Virus record (IMG/VR): IMGVR_UViG_3300004369_000007
Source: an uncultured virus (IMG/VR IMGVR_UViG_3300004369_000007)
Lineage: Duplodnaviria > Heunggongvirae > Uroviricota > Caudoviricetes
Direction: 5' to 3' (one strand)
DNA length: 64,000 nucleotides
Positions 59,030-64,000 of this stretch are shown here, one piece after another. The notes beneath the pieces are model-generated. The model worked only from the letters and a program-made list of their open reading frames with translations, was not told the origin of the DNA and did not search any database. Made by a program: the position numbers and the translations under genes. Position 1 is the stretch's first letter. Each line of letters begins with the position of its first letter.

Positions 59030-59360
59030 TTGCTTCGGGGGTCTTGCCCTCGGAGGGGATTCATATTCCCTTGGTTGATTGGCCATATACACCAATCGGA
59101 AACAAAGCCGAAACACAGAGCAGTAAAGCGAGAAAGTAACAAGTAATCATTTATTGGCGCGCCAATTCTTGATGAAGGAACAAAGTATCGGTGTGAGTCT
59201 CATATGCATGGAGTAGGCGGCGTTTCTCATATTCACATTAAACCCCCCGTTTGAGAGCAACTGATGTAGGTAACGGCTAAGGTTTAGAGAGCCATAAACG
59301 GACATATAGCATACGAAAAAGATTTACTGCTTTCCCTGTCCGTTTATGGCTCGCCCATTT
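59030..59360 (+). ncRNA. Cassette 3 candidate non-coding RNA
   Basis: Same promoter and leader as cassettes 5 and 7 but no convincing ORF; perfect 16-bp stem 59289-59304/59337-59352. Confidence 0.35.
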
Positions 59361-59439
59361 AGATAAGGTAATGATTAAGTGCAAAGCATAATCATTACCA
59401 TATGGTCATGCTTTGTCTTTAATTGGCCCGAAGGCCGTT

Positions 59440-59688
59440 TTACCGCTTAACGCGGCCATTTGTGATGTCGTCAATGAATTGCATGATTTTCGGGATGACA
59501 GCCTCCAATTCCGAGCCACCCTTAATGGAGAAATTGACTCGGTAGAAATCCGTATTCATTCGGCAATAAAGCCCCGTGTCCCTAATAAAGCCGTAAATCT
59601 CACCCATGTAGTTAATAGCCTCCGAACAGGTTTTAATGTTGATGCTGGCGATTCCAGTAATCAAATTGCGCGTATAACTTGCTTTCAT
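59440..59688 (-). CDS. Cassette 4 hypothetical protein (82 aa)
   Basis: CAACCCTATA box just over 20 nt upstream of ATG; GGCCTTCGGGCC hairpin after stop. Confidence 0.55.
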   Translation of the reverse strand: MKASYTRNLITGIASINIKTCSEAINYMGEIYGFIRDTGLYCRMNTDFYRVNFSIKGGSELEAVIPKIMQFIDDITNGRVKR

Positions 59689-59864
59689 GCCTTATACATG
59701 GATAAGAGGCTATAGGGTTGCATCTCCATTGAGAAACAAAGTATGCAACCATATGGTTGATTATCGCTTTGCGTGGAATCAACCTTATACGCTATTGCGT
59801 GGGTTAGGTTGCTTCAAGGGGGGAAAAACACTTGAAGACACTTTTACAAACGAGGTGAAAAAAC

Positions 59865-60389
59865 ATGAAGATGAAAAATTGGACATTGAACACGAACAAG
59901 GTTCGGGCGTGGGCTGAAAATCAACCCAAATCCGACAATTTGAACGCTGTGTTGCTATCGCTCACTTTGGGCGACAATGCGGCTTCGGACGAACTTAGAA
60001 GCACCTATTGGACGGCTATTCGTTCAATTGGCTCCACTATGGAGGGTTTTCCTGCGGCACGACGAGGGCGGGAATCAACGCTTTCGGAGGAACAAGAACT
60101 TGTTTTGGCGACTGTGGAGGAAAGCGTGGCTCATGCTATTGCTCAAATCCCTACTGACTATCAAAGCATGATTCTTTCCGTTATCGTGCCTCATGGACGA
60201 ACTGGTGGCGTTTATGAGACTTTTGGCGATTTGGTGGATTCTTTCCGTTCAAAGGCTCATTCCTACATGGTTAAGGCCATTAAGGAAGACCGTTGGGATG
60301 GACTATCCGTTGATGACAACGGAGTTCCCCAAATCACGCCACCACCCGTTAATTCGGGTGATTCGGAAGGAGGTTCCGAGGAAGAGTAA
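59865..60389 (+). CDS. Cassette 5 protein, paralog family A copy 2
   Basis: GAGGTG RBS; LRSTYWTAIRSIGS, RRGRES, PHGRTGG, RWDG shared with 60966. Confidence 0.75.
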   Translation: MKMKNWTLNTNKVRAWAENQPKSDNLNAVLLSLTLGDNAASDELRSTYWTAIRSIGSTMEGFPAARRGRESTLSEEQELVLATVEESVAHAIAQIPTDYQSMILSVIVPHGRTGGVYETFGDLVDSFRSKAHSYMVKAIKEDRWDGLSVDDNGVPQITPPPVNSGDSEGGSEEE

Positions 60390-60503
60390 GTCTGCAAGGT
60401 TTTCCCCCCTTGTGGCCCCTTTCGGGGGGTTAATGCAAAGCCTAACCATATGGTTGCATACTTTGGTAATAAAACCCTATATTTGCCTATTAAGGGGTTA
60501 ATC

Positions 60504-60725
60504 ATGTTCCAAAGAAGGCACTACCAAAAGATGGCTGAAACCCTTGCAACCGTTCATAACATTGACAATATGCCCATAGAGGCGGTTAGTGTTATGTTTT
60601 CTCGTGATAATCCCAATTTTAGCGAGGAACGGTTCTTTGAGGCTTTTCGCAAGGAATATGAATGGGTATGGGGAGAAACCTATCCATTTGCCCTTAGAGG
60701 CCGCTATGAGCGTTTAAACGCTTGA
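60504..60725 (+). CDS. Cassette 6 hypothetical protein (73 aa)
   Basis: MFQRRHY...DNPNFSEERFFEA; AAACCCTATA box upstream. Confidence 0.6.
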   Translation: MFQRRHYQKMAETLATVHNIDNMPIEAVSVMFSRDNPNFSEERFFEAFRKEYEWVWGETYPFALRGRYERLNA

Positions 60726-60965
60726 ATAAACAACTGGCGAGTGGGTTTTGATTGTTTCCCACAGGTAATGGAGCGTCGGACAGGGTTAAAGTCCAAATAG
60801 CCGAAAAATAAAACAATCCCCGTTGGGTATTAACAAAGCATTACCATATGGTTGTTTTTCGCTTTGCGAGTGTAACATAAAAACAACCTTATAGGTTATT
60901 GTGAGGTTGAGGTTGCTTCGGGGGGAAAACGGAGCATCAAAACCTTTATTGGAGGATTGATTACC

Positions 60966-61469
60966 ATGAATGCAACAAATTGGATAAAGAACACAAACGC
61001 CGTTCAAGCGTGGCTTGAGCGTGAAGATAGGGGAGATGTCGGTAATGCGATTTCTCTTTCTATTACCCTTGGAAATGCGACGGATAGCGATGATTTGCGC
61101 TCCACCTATTGGACAGCAATTCGCTCAATTGGAAGTCCTTATGACGATTTCCCAGTCGCCCGCCGAGGCCGAGAATCATCTTTGCCCGAAGAAGTAGAGT
61201 TGTCTGCGACTTCTGTGAAGAATGCGGTCATTACTGCCTTTGCGGGTATTTCTAACGCTGACTTGATTACTACCGTTATTCTCCCTCACGGGCGAACAGG
61301 CGGAGCATTTGAGAACATTGAGGCACTTGCCGAGGCTATGGGCAAAAAGGCCTATGATGCTCTCGTTAAGGGCTATAAGGAAGGTCGTTGGGATGGAACC
61401 ATGAACGGTGAAATCCCAGCATTGACCCCACCTGCGGCTAAAGACGAAGGAGGTCAAGAAGAGGAATGA
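60966..61469 (+). CDS. Cassette 7 protein, paralog family A copy 3
   Basis: GGAGG RBS; identical blocks with 59865; CCCCACTTCGGTGGGG hairpin at 61491-61506. Confidence 0.75.
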   Translation: MNATNWIKNTNAVQAWLEREDRGDVGNAISLSITLGNATDSDDLRSTYWTAIRSIGSPYDDFPVARRGRESSLPEEVELSATSVKNAVITAFAGISNADLITTVILPHGRTGGAFENIEALAEAMGKKAYDALVKGYKEGRWDGTMNGEIPALTPPAAKDEGGQEEE

Positions 61470-61877
61470 TGTTCCCAATTCCCCCCGTAGCCCCACTTCG
61501 GTGGGGTTCCGTTAAATAACTGGCAAAGCCAACCATATGGTGTTGAAGTTTTTAATAACTACTATTTAGAGATAATAGAGTTATGATTATATTCGTCATA
61601 AAAGAGCGTAAACAAACATTTTGTAGTTACCAATAGCGTTCTATAGAGAACTGTTAAGGAAGATGAGAATAAAACAATAGATGAAAATGGTAGTTATTAA
61701 CAACTTTTCACGCATTCATAATCTACAACCATATGGCTTTGTTTCAAAATTTTTTATTTATGTAGAGTTAAATGAAATCGCTCTAAAGGGCCTATTTTAA
61801 AGCATTAACTTTAAATAAAGCAAGGTTAAAGCCGCCAGTATTATAGGCTATGGCTTCCTCCCATAACATGATACTGT

Positions 61878-62120
61878 ATGTCTGCTGAACAAGAGGCTAT
61901 TTCTCATTTAAATGAGATATTCACCATTATCAAAGAAACCCTTGAAGAAGCAAAGGAAAACAGAAAATTTGCACGAGAATTGTCAAATAATGAGGAAAGA
62001 GCACTTACTGAAATAACAAATAAATTAAAACAAGTTCGCTCAAATTTAGACAAATACTTAAAATCATTCCGTGTGCAAACTACATTAACTCAATTTGGCG
62101 TTGGAAATACTGAACAATAA
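61878..62120 (+). CDS. Coiled-coil hypothetical protein
   Basis: 80 aa, ends QTTLTQF (PIP-box-like). Confidence 0.55.
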   Translation: MSAEQEAISHLNEIFTIIKETLEEAKENRKFARELSNNEERALTEITNKLKQVRSNLDKYLKSFRVQTTLTQFGVGNTEQ

Positions 62121-62355
62121 ACAATATTATTAACATAATTAATTTAATTATTATTATTCGCATTTTTATAACAACATCTTTACACGGCGGCCAAATTGAT
62201 TATCTTTAAACGAACAACTTTAAATGAATAACTTTAAATGAACAAATTTAAATGAATAAATTTTTATCCTGTTTATACAATTCATAAAATTTAAATGAGA
62301 ACGCAAGTGCCGAAAAAATTCCGAGTCATTTTTTGAGAAAATTAAGGTGATTAAC

Positions 62356-62607
62356 ATGAGTTGGGAAGATATTGTTAAAAAAGAATACAATAATGCGTAT
62401 GATAGATTAAGAGACGAATTACAAGCCAACGGTAATTCTCCCGAAGGTAAAACTGAGATTTTATTAGGTTTGTTTGAACAAATGGGCATTTTACATGGAA
62501 ATATGAATCCTTTTGAGGCAGCGAGAACAGTTTTAAATCAAATTAGTTTTTTAATAAAAGAGGAACAAATTGGTCTTATGATTGATGAAGATGAGAGGGG
62601 TTTTTAA
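62356..62607 (+). CDS. W-x-x-I-x-K leader family protein (MSWEDIVK)
   Basis: GGTGA RBS, shared leader. Confidence 0.6.
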   Translation: MSWEDIVKKEYNNAYDRLRDELQANGNSPEGKTEILLGLFEQMGILHGNMNPFEAARTVLNQISFLIKEEQIGLMIDEDERGF

Positions 62608-62655
62608 ACCGCCAAAAAAATTCCGAGCCATTTTTTGAGAAAAAAAGAGTTGATT

Positions 62656-62865
62656 ATGATGAATTGGGCAAGTATTATTAAAAGAGACCCTCCCACTTGT
62701 TTTAACTGTAATGTTTTTATGACTCCTCAAGAAACACGCTTATATGCAGATAGATGTTCTCTTTGTAATAGTGCAATTGAATATTCTAAAAGAACAGGAA
62801 AAGAAATGCCGAATACTTATCAGCCTTCAAGACAATATGGCGAAGAAGGTTATACGGGGAAATAA
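62656..62865 (+). CDS. W-x-x-I-x-K leader family Zn-finger protein (MNWASIIK)
   Basis: CFNC...CSLC. Confidence 0.6.
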   Translation: MMNWASIIKRDPPTCFNCNVFMTPQETRLYADRCSLCNSAIEYSKRTGKEMPNTYQPSRQYGEEGYTGK

Positions 62866-62903
62866 ATTCCGAGTCAAATTTTGAGAAAAAAGAGTTGATT
62901 AAG

Positions 62904-63275
62904 ATGAAATGGGAAGATATACTTAAAGATGAAGGATTTAGAGAAGAACACAAAGAACGATTAGGTTCAATGCGTTCTTCTAAACAACCAATGTTTGATG
63001 AGCGAGATAATCCAGCAGATATGGTGTCTGAGATGGTGTTTAAAATTATTGATTTTGACAAACTAGAACGGTTTCTTCAAATGTCTAAAGCCCACTACAT
63101 GAGGGCTATGGATGTTAAAAACTTCACTCCTCCGAGTTTATCCCAAAATGATGAAAATAAATTAATAAATGGTCTTGAATTAATTTTGAATAAAGAAATT
63201 GCTTCCTATGTTGAAGAAGCCAGAAAAAATCAAGGTGAAAACCCCTTACCTAAATACGACCCAAAGGGTATTTGA
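62904..63275 (+). CDS. W-x-x-I-x-K leader family protein (MKWEDILK)
   Basis: Shared leader. Confidence 0.6.
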   Translation: MKWEDILKDEGFREEHKERLGSMRSSKQPMFDERDNPADMVSEMVFKIIDFDKLERFLQMSKAHYMRAMDVKNFTPPSLSQNDENKLINGLELILNKEIASYVEEARKNQGENPLPKYDPKGI

Positions 63276-63285
63276 GGTGATTAAC

Positions 63286-63513
63286 ATGAATTGGACACAT
63301 ATTATTAAAAATGAAGATATGGGCAATTGGGAAGACGAAACGGGCGAACTAACTGATGAACAGTTTGATAAATTACTTAAGTTGTGGAGAATGATTAAAG
63401 AATCATGGGATTTTTTTCAAGATAATTCGGAACTTCACTCAATTAGAGAACTAGATGATGTTGATACTTATTTACAAAAAGCGGCGAGTATTGTTTTTGA
63501 TTTAACAGGGTGA
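63286..63513 (+). CDS. W-x-x-I-x-K leader family protein (MNWTHIIK)
   Basis: GAGGTGA RBS, shared leader. Confidence 0.6.
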   Translation: MNWTHIIKNEDMGNWEDETGELTDEQFDKLLKLWRMIKESWDFFQDNSELHSIRELDDVDTYLQKAASIVFDLTG

Positions 63514-63547
63514 AAAAATTCCGCCAAAAATTTTTGGAGAAATTAAC

Positions 63548-63655
63548 ATGACAAGATGCATTTATTTAGATTCATGGTTTGACTCTCAATCAAAGCGTTT
63601 AGACGAAGAAGAACAAAAACAAAAGAAAGACTTAATTACAGGTGAGAGAAAATGA
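63548..63655 (+). CDS. Small hypothetical peptide (35 aa; not in ORF track)
   Basis: MTRCIYLDSWFDSQSKRLDEEE...; ATGA overlap with next gene. Confidence 0.45.
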   Translation: MTRCIYLDSWFDSQSKRLDEEEQKQKKDLITGERK

Positions 63656-63948
63656 GTTGGAAAGATATTATTAAAAACGAAGATTTCGGCTATTGGCTAA
63701 ATGAAGAAACGGGCGAACCCATTCGTAATTTTGACTATGGCGGAAGTTTGAACAAAAAGTTTAAACCAAAGTGTCAAAACGGCCCTTGTTTAAGAATTGC
63801 TAATGGGACTGATGGAATTGGTTTTTGTATGCCTTGTGAAGATGATGCAAGCGATAATCGTTTAACTGACCCTAAAAGCCCATATACAAGGGAGAACCAA
63901 ATGAAAAACCCTACCCTCCCTAACATTTTTGTAGGTGATGAAAAATGA
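63652..63948 (+). CDS. W-x-x-I-x-K leader family Cys-containing protein (MSWKDIIK)
   Basis: Shared leader; CQNGPC...CMPC. Confidence 0.6.
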   Translation: MSWKDIIKNEDFGYWLNEETGEPIRNFDYGGSLNKKFKPKCQNGPCLRIANGTDGIGFCMPCEDDASDNRLTDPKSPYTRENQMKNPTLPNIFVGDEK

Positions 63949-64000
63949 GTTGGAGAGATATTGTTAGAAAAAGCAATTGCACCGCAAAAATGGGACATTG
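63945..64000 (+). CDS. W-x-x-I leader family protein (MSWRDIVR; 3'-truncated)
   Basis: GGTGA RBS, ATGA overlap. Confidence 0.5.
   Translation, partial: MSWRDIVRKSNCTAKMGH

Larger units (their letters stand above)
58425..61737. repeat. Dispersed palindromic repeat ACCATATGGT (8 exact copies and 1 variant) delimiting gene cassettes
   Basis: Starts at 58425, 58754, 58969, 59397, 59748, 60445, 60843, 61532; variant ACCATATGGC at 61728; CAAAG/CTTTG arms. Confidence 0.9.
62313..63541 (+). promoter_or_regulatory. Repeated upstream motif AAATTCCG-N6-8-TTTTG(G)AGAAA (4 copies)
   Basis: Near 62313, 62614, 62864 and 63513, each just before a small gene. Confidence 0.65.

Noticed and set aside
58948..59139. 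63-aa ORF spanning the 58969 palindrome
   Set aside because: TTG start lies upstream of the cassette boundary and promoter, no RBS; likely spurious
58425..61737. CRISPR array interpretation of the ACCATATGGT repeats
   Set aside because: Core is only 10 bp and intervals are 196-697 bp containing whole genes; no cas1/cas2 seen
1..64000. Capsid, portal, terminase or integrase genes
   Set aside because: No recognisable motifs in this window; probably outside it

Overview
A 64-kb AT-rich fragment of a tailed (siphovirus-like) dsDNA virus of an archaeal host. The gene set resembles the magroviruses of Marine Group II/Poseidoniales: TFB, RFC, fused PriS-PriL primase, split PolB, ATP-dependent ligase and a chaperonin. 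This assignment is inferred from gene content, not from a database search. Layout: (1) 1-20.1 kb, + strand: a truncated small GTPase, unknown proteins, then neck, tail tube, frameshifting tail chaperone, tape measure, tail tip and fibre genes. (2) 20.2-57.7 kb, - strand: an archaeal-type replisome, histone-fold proteins, GroEL/GroES, a candidate complete ubiquitin-like system (Ubl ending GG-CY, E1/ThiF, E2-like, JAB), TFB, class II RNR, a UvrD helicase and two tRNAs. (3) 57.9-58.25 kb: a nested inverted-repeat region, possibly an origin. (4) 58.4-61.7 kb: seven cassettes in mixed orientation, most with promoter, gene and terminator, each joined at the palindrome ACCATATGGT with CAAAG/CTTTG arms. 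(5) 62.3-64 kb: small genes sharing an N-terminal M-x-W-x-x-I-[ILV]-K leader. The cassette array and the viral ubiquitin-like system are the two strongest candidates for undescribed systems. All product calls come from motif recognition by eye.
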